Program-made: the position numbers and the translations under genes
In this document: positions 1-13,505 of the stretch, piece after piece
How the letters are laid out: the number at the start of each line of letters is the position of its first letter
How positions within the stretch are numbered: the stretch's first letter is position 1
Assembly (NCBI GenBank): GCA_026025795.1
Contig: JAPEUG010000007.1
Span: 62,001 to 114,542, forward strand
DNA: 52,542 nucleotides
From: Thelocarpon superellum
Lineage: Eukaryota
Direction of reading: 5' to 3'
The notes under the pieces: model-generated
What the model saw: the letters and a program-made list of their open reading frames with translations, nothing else
What the model was told of the DNA's origin: nothing
The model's database searches: none

Positions 1-216
1 GAGCTTCTCCGTGACCGAACTGTCCTCCCAGAAGCCGCGTGATTCACGAACGCCACTCTATTGTCGGCACGGATCTTGAGCCCGACTCGCTTCTTATTCT
101 CCTCCATTCTGTCTGAACCAGACCATCATACTAACGACATCCGCACTCAAAGCAATTGGAACAAAGTGTCTCCCACAGGACACCTTCAAGGTTAGGACGC
201 ACGGCAATTGACAGCC

Positions 217-1804
217 ATGGCCTTTACGGACGATGCAGTCCTTGCCAAACTCTCGGCCCTCAACGAGACCCAAGAAAGCATCGTGACCGTCGCGCAATGG
301 GTCTTATTCCACAAGTGGGCCCTTCCCTCTGCGATCTACCTTTCGACGTTTCTTCGATCGGAGGCTGATTGATCATGGTCAATACAGGAGACATGCCGAG
401 CGAACCGCGCAGCTATGGATGCAGAGAGTCAAGGATTCGGGCGCCAACAAGAAGCTGAATTTGATCTACCTCGCCAATGGTGCGGCCGCCGAGCGAGACA
501 TAACCTCGTCTCTGGCTCCCTACTGACGGGATTCCGCAGAGGTCGTTCAGCAGTCTAAAGCTCGACGTAAAGATGACTTTCTCATCGCCTTTTCTCCCGT
601 GCGTCGAATACTTCCCTACTTTTTTTCTTTGCTCACCTGGCCAGGTCATCGCCGACGCAGTGGGAACGGCGTATCGAGGTGCGACGGTAGAAGTGCAACA
701 GAAGATCCGACGGGTGGTGGAAGTGTGGCGACAACGTCAGATATTCGAGCTGCCAATTCAGGTGGCCGTGGAGACTCGCATTGATGGTATGGCTCTCCCT
801 GACCGAGCATGACTTCGGTATTGATGAAGATAGATCTCGACAAGTCGCGATCATCAGGGAAACGCTCGATTCTGGGAGGCTCGTTTCTGTCGAGCTCTGC
901 GAGTACCGTTCCTCCCGAACTCCAACCCCTTGTGCCACTCCAAACCGCTGTTTCCAAGGTTTCATCCGGCAAATCAACCACGGTCACGACCGCCAATCAA
1001 GAATACGACAAGCTCAACGACCCGGCGACGCCCACCCCATCGCCGCCCGTACATGCTGCTCGCCTAAGCGGACTCTTGAAATCGCTTGCTAGCGCCGAAG
1101 GAGCCGTAGCAGACAGCATCAAGGCGCGACGGGCGCTGATCCAAGGACTCGAGAAGATCCTTGACACGAACCGCACCTTGCTCCAGACCGAGGAAACACA
1201 GATTTCTAGTCTCACAGAGCGTAAAGGCACGGTCGAGGCGCAGAAGCGCGAGGTCGAAGACGGCATCATGCGGGGCCTGGCTGAAGAATCGCCATCAATT
1301 CATCTTGGCAGTGCCAGTTCCGGCGTCGACGACCTCGGTGCCTCCCTGGGCGTTGGCGAAAGGCCGATTGGAGAAGAACTCAGCCCACCTAGCGTCGAGG
1401 CCTTGACGCCCACTGGAACCCCCCCGTCAGAGCCACTCCCGCCATCCACATCCACCGCTGTCCCAGACACCGAGACCGCAGTCCCATCTACACTCCCCAC
1501 CGAGCCGTCTCCTGTCGCCCCAGCTGCCCCAGCCGGCTCAGCAGGCTCAGATCTCCTGTCAAGCCTCGCGCTGATGCAGTCCCACCTCCACTCACCCCCA
1601 ACGGCCACGAGCGCGACGACGAACGGAACTGCAGGAACCGGCACCGCGAAGAAGCGCAAGTTGAATCACCATAGCGGAGAGGAAGACTTCAGCAACGAGC
1701 TGGGCAATGCGGCCGATGGGATGGATGGCCTGGACGACGACGTCGCCGACATCCTGCGGCAAGAGAGCGGCGAGCGGCGTGGCGTTCCGCCCTCTTCGTC
1801 CTGA
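217..1804 (+). CDS. RTT103: CTD-interacting domain (CID/RPR) protein, Rtt103/RPRD1-like; 5 exons
   Basis: Spliced reading MAFTDDAVLAKLSALNETQESIVTVAQWVLFHKRHAE...KKLNLIYLANEVVQQSKARRKDDFLIAFSPVIADA...RRVVEVWRQRQIF is a CID domain. Four GT-AG introns (first donor at 315); the last exon runs in ORF 809-1804. Confidence 0.85.
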
Positions 1805-1975
1805 ACGTCGCTCCTATCATCTTTAGTCATGTACTTCACACTGTATGTACGCCTAGCCTAGTGGGACGCCTGGAGAAGGATTTCACGGACTTTGGGAGGG
1901 GCGAAGGTAAAGAAGTGCAACAGGGCACGACGGGGTGGCACATGGATACCCGCTAGTCGTTTAGCCATGTCATAT

Positions 1976-3481
1976 CTACGGCCAGCGACAGGCCAGCGGC
2001 AGCGCCCAAGACGCATCGCCGTCATTGTGGCACGTCCATGCTCGCCTCCGCCGGCCCCGTCGTCTTCGCTTGCTCCAGCTCCTGGCGCTGTGCTCTGCTG
2101 CCCCTGCTGCTGCTGCTCCTTCCGGTCCGCCGACCCCGACCCAGCTTCGCTCGCCGCCGAGTAAGTCTCGCTCGCTTCCGAAGGCGTTCGGCGCGCCGTC
2201 CACTGCGTCCCATGCTGCTGGCGCCACGGGGCCAGGCGAAGAGGCAGAGTCGGCTTCTGCATTGGGCGCGGCAGCGGACTGGCTCTGCCGCTTGGGTTTT
2301 ACAAGTAAGATGATGAACATGCCCACCACCAGGATGATCAGGAGGAGGAGGATTTTGCGTTTCGTGCTCCGTCGCTGGTAGCCCGATGCCTGTGGGGGGA
2401 CCCGAGCGGATGGGTCAGCGATGACGGGTCGAGAGGATGAGGGGTACGGAGGGATGCACGCACCACTTTGATCTCCTTGTCTGCTGCTTTGACGTCCACG
2501 GCCACCCGGTCAACGTTGTAGTCGATGCGATCGAGCATCGTGCCTTGGTCGATGACCATGGCTTGTAGGTCTTTGAAGATGTCGGCCAGCTCGATGATGC
2601 CCGTGGCAATGTCGGTGATCTCGCGCTCGCGATGCAGAATTACTGCGTCGTGGATACCTCCTCGGTGCTTCTGCGACGTCTGCTGTAGTGTGGACTGCGA
2701 AAAGGACTTGTCCGCGTCGGATTCGATCATGGATGGGTCCGAGTAAGGGTTTTGGGCCGCGATGGGTCGGTCGAGAGGCGTGGTCATCCCGCCGAGACCT
2801 CGGAGCTCTGTTTCCACTTTCTGTCAGAGGCTGTAAGAGCTAGTGTGCAAGGATCATGGACACGCACTCTTCAGGTAGACGCTCTGTTTCTTTCGGAAGC
2901 CGGCGCTGGCCTCTTGGACACGCCCCGCCAAGGAGATTTGGATGTTCCGCGCCATGGCCTCCTCCCCTTTGCTCACGCCTCCTCCTCCCTGCTGGTGCGC
3001 ATCGCGAACCATCGTTTCCACCTTTTTGATCGCTCGCTGGCAGGCGTGGAAGCCCCGTGTGATGTCCTGCGTAAGCTTTTCGATTTGCCCTTCCTCCGCC
3101 CGCCGCACCTCGTCGTCGTCGAAGCCCGGTAAGACATGTTTGGAATGAAGCTTGTCTAGCTGGGAGGACTTCTTGGCGATGTCCGCCAGAAGATCCGTCA
3201 CCTCGTCGCTGATATCCACCCATCGCGGCGGGAGGAGATCCATCTCGATCACAGCATCTCCGTCATCTTCAAAGGCCCCCGCCGACATGAGCCCGCGGCG
3301 CTCCTCGGACGCCAAGGCATTCGGCGAGAAGCCATTGGAGGACGACGCAGCATAGCGAGGCTTCTTGGCCGGATGATGGGCGTATGACTGGCGGTAGGAA
3401 ATGTAGCTTCGAGGCCCGTCGGTCAGCGTTGAGACGCCGGGAGGCTTGCCACACTTACAGATTGGTCCGGTCGCGCCACAT
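1976..3481 (-). CDS. TLG2: Golgi/endosomal t-SNARE Tlg2 (syntaxin-16 family), multi-exon
   Basis: N-peptide MWRDRTNL/YISYRQSY, Habc region (DLLPPRWVD, HVLPGFDD), SNARE motif REREITDIATGIIELADIFKDLQAMVIDQGTMLDRIDYNV, then a TM helix; the frame stays open to the stop at 1976. Confidence 0.93.
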
Positions 3482-3997
3482 GGCGAGCACCACCCGGTGT
3501 GGAGCGATGCTCACACCGTAACGATCACCGACTTGACATCAGAAGCAGGCGGCGGGAGGTGTGAGAGCTTTGGTCAGGCTCCGGTGAATGCACGGTCTGG
3601 GGGCTTGTACGAGCACTCCGCCAGGTAGCTATGTTGCCTCGGCCGTCATTCATTCACCCGTCATGCTACGTATCGGTACACCGAGAAGCTATCCAGTTGG
3701 GGGAATTTACGTCGGGCAAGGGCGGCCATTGGTTGTGATTATGATCATAATTTTACCCGACGTGGCCAATGAAGTTCCAGAGAATTTAGCGCAGCCAAGC
3801 AATCAGCGGGCTCTCTGCAGCTCGCGCGTCAGTCCATCACCACCATCACCTCCTCTCGTGCGCCCGCCCTCCTAACTCCTTCATCATCAATCTCTCTTAT
3901 CATCAGCCTTGCACTTCCTTCTCGTCAGTAAAGTTGTAGCCACCCCGGTCATCAGCAGCCCCTCTCACTCCCCTCCTTCGGCCACGCCCCTTTGACC

Positions 3998-4952
<955 letters not shown>

Positions 4953-5431
4953 GCCCCATCCGCCCATCCGCCATGTCCGCCCCTCCGTCAACCAGTCAGC
5001 CCATTATTCAGTCGATCAGTCGGTGTCGAAGTCTTAAGGTGGTCGTAGTGATGGCAATAGCAATCACTTCTTCAAACTCAATCCAATCCAATTGACCTTC
5101 TTGGTTTGATCACTTCCACCACTTGTTCCGTTTCCTTTTCTCTAGATCTTCTCTGGGAATCTATACATCACGGCACACACCGTGGTCCGGTCCGGTCCGA
5201 CGACAATGGATAGAAACCCGATATGACAGACGTCGGCCGGGCCTTCCGGGACTCCTCTAGGGCTTTTCGTAGGCAGTAAAGAACGCAAGAAGGAAGAAGA
5301 GCAGCGTGTCGTATGACTGGACAACAGATGAGGAAGCCCGCTGACTGGGTAAGTAGGTTAGATATGAGAGAGCCCACTGACTGGATAGGTAGGAAGGGTA
5401 CACGTAGGAAGGGTACACGGAGGCCAATGAA

Positions 5432-6525
5432 TCACGCCCGCAATCTCAAGAGGTCGCAATACTGCCTCGGTAGATCCAACGCCGCGCTTCCCACGCCCAG
5501 GCCAGGGACGAGCACATAACTCTTTCCATCGCGAAGGCCCAACGAATTCCACAGTGCCTGAATTGCTGTGGACCCCGTGGCCCAATCTTCTTCTTCCCTT
5601 TCGTCTTCCTCATCATCCTCAGCATCCTCCTCTCCCTCCGGCTCTCTTCCTCTGCCACCTGCTCTCTCGCCGGCCGCGAGGCCATCAAAAACGGCGCCAT
5701 TCCGAGACCCTCGCGCCTTGTCCGCCTCCGAAAGCGAGAGCGATGGACGATCAACGAGCCACTCGACCTCGACCACCACGCCCCTCGACACCTGCGCGCC
5801 ATGAGCCTGCTTGACCTCGCCCAAGCGGATGCGGAAATCCTGCACTTCGAACGCGAGGCCATTGCTCACAATCAGCATCTGCCGACTCGTCCAGAGCGGG
5901 CCCATCTTGGTGGAGAGCAGGGTGCTGAACTCGTCCGTGCCGCTCGGGGCCGCAATCGTAATCATGCTGCCGCCGCCCGTGTGGGCCGCGCCTGTTTTCC
6001 GTGGCCGGTAGCGGCGGCGGCGGCGGCGGCGGTCATGTGAAGAGGAGGACGCGGACGCGGCGGCGGCAGTTCGCGCCCGTGCCGCCTTCTGCTGCGCTTC
6101 TACCGCGGCCGCCGCCGCGGCGGCCGCGGCAGCGGAGGGGTTCTGAGGCTGCGCGGGCGTGATGTTGACGAAGCTGCGGCCGGGTAGGTGCGAGAGCGTC
6201 AGGAGCTGCATGTAGCGTATGGGGGCGTTGGCGCCGCTGGGGGCCGCGGAGCCGGCGGTGGAGCTGGCTGTGGTGGTGGTGGTGGTGGTGGTGGTGGTGG
6301 TGGACGCGGCGGGCGTGGGCACCGTCGAGCGCATCAGACGGTGCTCGAGGGTCCATCGTGCTAGAGGGGTGCATTCGTATGTTTTGGTCAGCCGGTCCGC
6401 CAGCGCTGGGAGCACGGTCGACGCCGAGTTGCCTGCGGTGTCCGGGATGAAGTAGAGTCTGGGTTATGTCAGGTGGGTTCGGGGAGTGGTGGAGCGGAGG
6501 GTCACTAGACTGACCCTGTGATCAT
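5432..6525 (-). CDS. MED20: Mediator subunit 20 (Med20/Srb2) with poly-Thr/poly-Ala insertions
   Basis: Short first exon MITG, intron, then LYFIPD...; motifs WTLEHRLMR, LLSTKMGPLWTSRQML, EVQDFRIRLGEVK, RGVVVEVEW and RQYCDLLR resemble Pezizomycotina Med20. Confidence 0.8.
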
Positions 6526-7011
6526 AGTGCTTCTGCATGGACACTTGACCCTCGACGGCTTTGCTCTTTCAATGAGAGATGGGAGCTTTGTGGGTGTTGA
6601 TATGACATGTTGTCCTTGCCCGCGTTGAAGACTCAACTTACCTGAATGTCGATGAGCTCGCTTGTGGCGGCATTCACCCCCCGGCCAGACGAGCTCAAGA
6701 CGTAGGATGATGAGGGTTTGGAGAGGCCGACTCTGCCCGCGCATGGATGATTTGTATCTTGGATGCTCCACTCAGAAGGCTACCCAGGAAGGTGTAAAGA
6801 TTGGCTACATATACAGTACAGAGAACAAGCCTTCTTTCATCATCCAAGTCGAGCTGTCATGTAGAGATCCCCCCCTGGTCGGGTCCTAATCCAAACCTCC
6901 CCCACTAAAGACCCTCTCCCAGGAGAACTCGGATGGGCGTGGTTTAGCTCGATCGAGATCGCTCCACTGCCTTAACCCTCGGGAGCGGTCGCTCCATGAC
7001 ATGTCGTCAGA

Positions 7012-9174
7012 TCACTCGGGTTGAGGTCGTTTCAGCGGGTGCGCCTCCGTATTCCTGTCGTGGAAGTGTCAGCAGACGACATGATCAACCCAGAGACATC
7101 CCTTACAGCACATACTCATCCAAGCTCACCAGGGTAGGATCGCTGAAGATGAGGTAGAAATACTTGAGCGTTTCCGCCAGCCAGAAGCTCTCCATTCGGT
7201 CCGACATCTCGGGCGATGGATTGGCCGACGTCACGTCATCGATCGCGGCATTCGCAAGCTCCGTCGCCGTATATCGCTCGATGGCCCCAAACATCTTCCA
7301 CGCCGTGTCGAGCAAGGTCGTATTGCCCGTGATGCGGTAGAGGATGAAGAGGGATTCAATCGCTTCGGGTCTGTGCCAGCAGGGCGCATGAGAAGCGGTC
7401 GGATGGACAGCGGCGCGGTACGTACCGCAAGATATACTTTCGGGCTTCGTATCCCACCACTCCAGGTACGAGGCCTTGCTTCGAGATGAGATGCTCCACC
7501 TCCGCGTCGGACATGGGTGGGGCATCGCTTGCCGTGCGATACCTTTCTCCAATTGCTCTGTACCATTGGTTCTGGTCCCAAGGGCAATGGTCTTCGTCGG
7601 CACACGGCACCGGGAAGAAGACCTCCGGCATGATCCCCGTCGGCATAATCTCGTACGCCCAGATGCACCCCTCCACCAATTCTTGCGCCACCTGAAGGTC
7701 GGCGGGACGATTAAAGATCTTCGCTCCGATGGCCACCATTCCTCCAGTGAAACAGGCCAGATGCTGCGCCCTGGGCACCAGTTTGACCTCACCATCCGAC
7801 AGGACTTTCGCGTCGCCCGAGAGGAGTACCCTGCGGCCATCTTCCGTCATGGGCCGGAAGAAGTTGCGTTGCTTGGCCACCTCGATTGACACCTCGTACA
7901 TCTTTCGACTTTGAGGGGACAGCCCACCCAACAGCATGTATTGCTGAAAACATCAGCGTGCCTCCACCGATAGCGCGGCAAGGGTCATGCCCACCTTTGG
8001 AAGATACTCAAACAAAGAATCGGCCATGCCACCCAACGTAAAGGAGCCATCACCCAGGAAAGACAGGGTCTGGGCATTGGCGACGACTGGCCACATGCCC
8101 GGGAGCTTCGTCTGATTCTGTGCCTGATCCAATTCGTTGGTGATGCGCTGGACGGCGTCAAAGTACTTGAGATCGCCCGTCAATTGAGACAATCGCGTGA
8201 ACTCGAGCGAGAGCGAGCCCAGTTCGGCAATCAACGCAAACGCCGGCGCCTTCTGTCCGTCGCCCTTGTTGTATCTGGTCCGAGGCATTAGAGATGCGCA
8301 ACGTGCGAGCGGTTCCCAAGACTCACGTCTCCCAGTCCCATCGAGTGACGGGCATGCGGTTGGGCGTGTCAAAGGCTCCATAGAGCATATCGCCAACCTC
8401 GGTCGCCTTGGTCAGGAGGAGGGCGTGGCGGCCTTGGCTGAGATCATGCGCGGCAAGCAGCCCGCCCAGGTAGCGGATCGTCGTTTCAAAAACGTTGATC
8501 GATGGATCCTCGGTCGCAGTGAAGTCAATGGCGTCCAGTGCGGCGACAGCCTCGTCAAATTCGGCCTGTAGCCCCATCATCCAGAGAGTGTCCAACGTGT
8601 CCACCAGAGTCGCCGCCCACCCGCCGAAGGCATTGCGATATCCACCCGAGATGGGCTTAAGCTCGTCCTTGAGCCAGGCATGCGTCTTGTAGCTGGCCCA
8701 GGACCGCTGGAACGACTTCTTGACGGCCCGCAAGCGTTCCTCCCGGATGACGCCCGCCGCGCCATCTTCGGTGTGAAATGAATCTTGGATCTTTGGGATC
8801 CGTGCCGGTTGTGCCGTGGGGAGGGTAAGCAGCGATTGCACCGGATACCGCTCCGGCTGCTTCGAGTAATGGATCAGGTCGTCGGTCACCGGCGCCGGCG
8901 GGACCACGACCGCAGAGCCTGTGGGCGTTGTGGTCGGACTGGTGGCCGCGGCGGGGCTGGTCGACGTCGTGATCGGCACGTTGACAACGGGACCGGCAAC
9001 ATCCTCGTCGGCATGGGCGAGGTTGACGGTGTGATCGATGGGCCGCACGGGCTCCGCCACAGGGTCATAGGGACGAAGCCGGTACCAGTCGGACACCAGC
9101 GACGGTCTGTAGAGCAGGATGAGGAAGACCACGGCCAGGACGACGAAGACGTTCCATCGCCGGATGACAGGCAT
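7012..9174 (-). CDS. Class I alpha-1,2-mannosidase (GH47), type II membrane protein, multi-exon
   Basis: N-terminal TM anchor; motifs GWAATLVDTLDTL, VFETTIRYLGGLL, AELGSLSLEFTRLSQLTGD, GGMADSLFEYLPK, HLACFTGG, RPEAIES, MESFWLAETLKYFYL and the terminal NTEAHPL. Confidence 0.95.
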
Positions 9175-9297
9175 GGTCCGGGAGGGGGTAACGCAAAGCG
9201 TCCACAGCACGGTGCGACTCCAACATCGGCGCCGACGCCGACGCCAGCACCAACCATCGTCAGTCGTCTATCCGAGGCCGCCGAGCACGGCACTCAC

Positions 9298-9332
9298 GCT
9301 GCGGGCTGCGGGCTGCGGGCTGCGGGCTGCGG
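9298..9332. repeat. (GCTGCGG)5 heptamer repeat upstream of the mannosidase gene
   Basis: Read directly from the sequence. Confidence 0.9.
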
Positions 9333-10116
9333 GCCCCGGTCGGGACGGGCGCCGTAGTACGGGCGGCGGGCCCCGGCACAAGCGCAGGAGCGCAGGCGCC
9401 CACGCGTATTCTCCTCGCACTCGTGCAGCTTTCACAATGCCCTCAACAACTGCCCCTCTGCTGCGCGCGCGCAAGGGTGAGAGCATGGTCTACCTGGCGG
9501 CACCGAGATGATTACATCGCAATCATCTCGCGGGCGGTCAGCTAAACCCTGTATAGGAAGCTGCCGGGCCTCGCCATTGGCGCCCTGAAACGATGAACTC
9601 TCGTCGGGGGAGTCCCTGTGGCCGATGGGGAGCGCGCCAAGCCCGCGTCTCGTAGCGACAAACTCTCCTCCAAGAACGTGGACAAAAGATGTCCTCGCCC
9701 GGTAGGTCGATCCTCCCAGCACACCCCCTTCACCTGCCGAACGAATGGTCAACATGGGCCTGGTCGGCATTGTCGCGATAAGCTTTTCAGCTGAGCTCTC
9801 TACAGCCCTATCCCCTCTCACATGCGTTATCAGGATGTTGTCGTCCTCTCTCCGTTGGGAGGATGGCCTGGGTTTGCTCATGCCGTGGGATTTTGGTCGC
9901 CCGCAAGCCGAGCAAAGTGACTTAGTTCATCCCTCTCATAGAGGTCTCTTATTGAGCTCTCTTACAGAGCTCACTTATAGGGCGTCTATCATGTATATTT
10001 CAGAGCGTTGCCGTATCACCATCTCCTTGACTCATCGTGCAGTGCCCACCAACGTCTGCATCGCGCCGTGACGCGAACACAGGATGGAGGCGGGCGCCCG
10101 CCCAAGCCGACGTCTG

Positions 10117-11281
10117 ATGTCGGCCCCCCACTCCGTTGGACGGGCAGCGTACATTTGGCTGCGTCTGTGGATCTTGCTTTCCCTCACCACTTCTACTATG
10201 GCCAATCCCACCGCCCATGGACTGGCCCGCCGTCAAGATTCGGGACTGGTACGATCTTGACCTGTAGGCGCTGCACACGTGCTTACGATCGTTGTAGCGT
10301 ATGGTTTGCTCCGACAGCAGCGTCCCCGCCGACGCGCCCAAAGGGACGAAGAGCTTGCTCGATCTGTGCACAGAGTCTGCCTCGTGTCAATGCAACGCCG
10401 ACGGCAGCGTACAGTGCGGCGCGGGGACGTACAACCAAGAATGCAGCAATGCATGTGAATGCGAAAAGGACGTCACCAGTCATCCGATCGAGGTTGACGC
10501 AGAGGACGCAGACGATCTCGAGGCGGAGAAGAAGGCGGCCGAAGAAAAGAAGGCAGCTGAAGAAAAGAAGGCGGCCGAAGAAAAGAAGGCGACCGAAGAA
10601 AAGAAGGCGGCCGAAGAAAAGAAGGCGACCGAAGAAAAGAAGGCGCGAGAGAAGGCAGTGGCGGAACAGAAAGCCCAAGAACAGGAGGCGCAAGACAAGA
10701 AAGCGGAAGAGGAGAGAGCGGAAGAGGAGAAGGCGGAATATCAAATGGAATATATCGACCTAGGAGACCCGCCGTCAGAGTCAGACGACTGGGAGATAAT
10801 CGACGGTGCGGGGAGGAATCCCGCCGCGGGCAACTGTTCCCTGCCCGAGACGGTCCAGCCACCGCCCTCGGAGCAAACGCACCCCGTCGGTCTCCAAAAG
10901 CTTGCACATCTCCGCACTCGCTGTCCGCTCCGCTCGGGATGCGAGGGCCCGCGGAACTGCAGCTTCAACACCGGCACGTTTAAGCGATGCTCGGAATGCG
11001 TCGCCCGGCCCGTTGCCCCGTCCAAGGGTCTGGGCTCCACGGCAGCGAGCATCGCCGGTGTTGCAGGCGTGTTTGCAAGCTTCTGCCGTCCACCCCGATC
11101 TCATCTGCCCAAGCGCGGCGAGGGCGACGGTGAAGGTGAAGCAGACTATCCGTGTGTGTGTAACCGTTCGTTCGTTGGGCACGAATGCTGTGGTAGCGTG
11201 GATGGGATGATTTGGGGCCCTGCGCACATGAAGCTGGGTGAGCTCCGCGTGCAGAGTCACGATGACTTCTGGGATGCATGA
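10117..11281 (+). CDS. Putative secreted Cys-rich protein with an (A[A/T]EEKK)n charged spacer
   Basis: Exon 1 (10117-10248) reads MSAPHSVGRAAYIWLRLWILLSLTTSTMANPTAHGLARRQDSGL: a signal-peptide-like stretch and a dibasic RR. A 49-bp GT-AG intron (10249-10297) joins it in phase to ORF 10301-11281. An in-frame upstream ATG at 10084 is an alternative start. Confidence 0.75.
10524..10645 (+). repeat. Coding 18-bp tandem repeat (about 6-7 copies of GCGRCCGAAGAAAAGAAG)
   Basis: Encodes AAEEKK/ATEEKK repeats. Confidence 0.95.
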
Positions 11282-11516
11282 CTGCCGCCTCGACAGTACC
11301 ATCTCTCCTGTGTCCAGGACGAAGATGACGCCGCTGGATATCCATTCGACTGTACCTGTTCAAGATTTGCTAGCATCATAGACGTTCGATTGACATCATT
11401 GCTCTCTATCCCCAACAGATTCTATCAAGTGCCTTCCATGTATCTCATCCAATTCCATCCCAACTCGTTCGTCACTCAACAGACGCCACTCTATACTCCC
11501 CAAGGATTCAAAGACG

Positions 11517-13085
11517 TCACACACTGCCAGCGAGAAAGCTCAGAAGGCTGCCCACAGTCAAGCCAGCCACCAGCGCCAACCCCATGAACCCACCCGCCGC
11601 CTCTCGCTCCTCAGCGTCCACCAGATCGGCGGCGCCCATCATGCATTCGCTTCCGAGCCACCCGTTCGACAGGCCAAATCCGAATTGCACCACGCAGAGG
11701 TAGAAAAAATCGCTCGGGATGACGGCGCCCCGGCCGCGAATGTTACAGAGGAGATAGAGGGGAATGAACAGCAGCCGAAGAATGGAGAAGATGAAGAGCA
11801 GCTTGGGCCGGTGATTGCTGAATGGAAAGCTGATGGGCAACGACAGAAGCGTGGAGAGACGACCGAACAAGTCGCCCGTGTTCCAGAACAGAAAGGCGAG
11901 TGGGATGAACGTGGCCGGTTGGAGGAGACGCGGTTGAGAGGGGGACGTCGGCTGGACGCTGAGGATGGCCTGGGTTCACGTCCGTGAGCCCTTGAGCGCG
12001 AGGCGAGCTTGACACGGGACCACAGGGGACCGAACGAACCTGAGTGAAGACTGGAAAGAACATGGTGACCCCAAAGCAGAGAAAGACGGCAGTGGCCAGC
12101 CAACGCAGCTTTATGAACAGCGTCCACATGCCGATTACCCGACGCTCGGCGGGTTGCGAGTCCTGGGCATTGGACAGGCTGTCGTCCAGTCGTTTGGCGG
12201 CTTTGTGAGCCCGGTGTCGTGGGAGGAGATAGAGAAAGGCAAGCAATGCCAGCGTGGACACACCCGTGGCCGTCAGAAAATACGACATGGCTGAGGTAGA
12301 GGCCTTCTGCCCGCCGCCGCTGGTCTCTTCGCCGTCATCCGTCGTCTGCACGGAGAGCACGGACACGATCTCTGCGAGGTGGTAAGCAAAGTGATTTGCT
12401 TTCCGTGGAGGATGCCGCCTACGCGCAATACACGGAAGGACTCCCGCAATGGCTTGCCCCGTCATGATGGCTTGTGTGTATTCCTCCCGGCCGAAGCCCG
12501 ATACGTACGCAAATACCCCGTTCTGGCTCAAGCCCGTGGCTAGGCTCGCGGCGAATACCATGGTCAACAAAAAGACCAGATAAGCAGCCGGTGTGACTCC
12601 GCGGAAGAGACGCGTCGAGGAGGCCAGTAGGGTGAAGATGACGACGTTCAAGAGGAGCGAGGTCACGATGCGTTTCGGATAAGACGCCTTGGCTTGGAGC
12701 TTGGTGAGAACAATCATGGACCCGAGGTTGGCAACGGTCGAAACAGAGAGGATGGCGGACTGGAAATGCGTGAGGATCCATTCGTCTTTGCGGAATCGTC
12801 GTTGGAAATATGGCGCTGCGGCCAGGAACATGTTCCTGTCCTCAATATCAGGATGCCTGTCTCCCCTCATGCACTTCGGAATGCTCACCATGCCCACAGC
12901 ATGGCCACGCCAAGCAGTAAGAAGATGGCATAGTCCACCCATGAGAAGGGGCTATGATGATGATTAGAATCTGGCACATCGGTACCTTCGATCGGCTCGC
13001 CATCGAGCGACTCGGATCCACCCGGGAGAGGCTCGTATGCTGGCGGCCGCGACCTTCGCCGGCCCAGGCGACGTAGGCGATCCAT
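11517..13085 (-). CDS. Equilibrative nucleoside transporter (ENT/SLC29, Fun26-like), multi-exon
   Basis: YAIFLLLGVAMLWAW/NMFLAAAPYF, YTQAIMTGQAIAG, FGLSNGWLGSECMM and GFMGLALVAGLTVGSLLSF are ENT-family motifs. Confidence 0.92.
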
Positions 13086-13505
13086 GCAGAGTGAAGGCAG
13101 TGAGGCACGAACCGCACCGTCCGGTATGTCCCACAGACGGTATCTTCAGTCCAACCGTGGTTCGCGGTCAGCCTGTCCGCCCAATCTGGACGGGACCTCG
13201 TGGGCGTGCCAGGTGATCGTCAGCAGGTCGCGAAGGCGTGCATGATGCCTGGATACGGTGGGGCAGAAGACCAAAGTGGCAGTTGGGTATTCACGAGAGC
13301 CACGCATCCGTCCTTGTCCTTTGTCTGGGCTCGACACACGTGGAGACATAGTACCGTTACGAGGCGAACGCGCACGAGGCCGAAGAGGTTGTCGTGTTTG
13401 GAAGATATCTTACAACGGGGGTGGTGGAGCAAATTCATACTGCGCTAAAGAACAAGACCAAGGCAACCAATGCAATCGCTCCGTCATTCGTCGTACCTCG
13501 TCGAC

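Noticed and set aside
5388..5418. Duplicated 15-mer GTAGGAAGGGTACAC after the MED20 stop
   Set aside because: A simple two-copy slippage duplication with no further structure.
6033..6455. Poly-His and poly-Val ORFs
   Set aside because: Other-frame readings of the poly-Thr triplet run in MED20.
10008..10907. Overlapping ORFs with RRPKK, LLFFGR or SFLRPP repeats
   Set aside because: They are alternative-frame and antisense shadows of the 18-bp AEEKK coding repeat.
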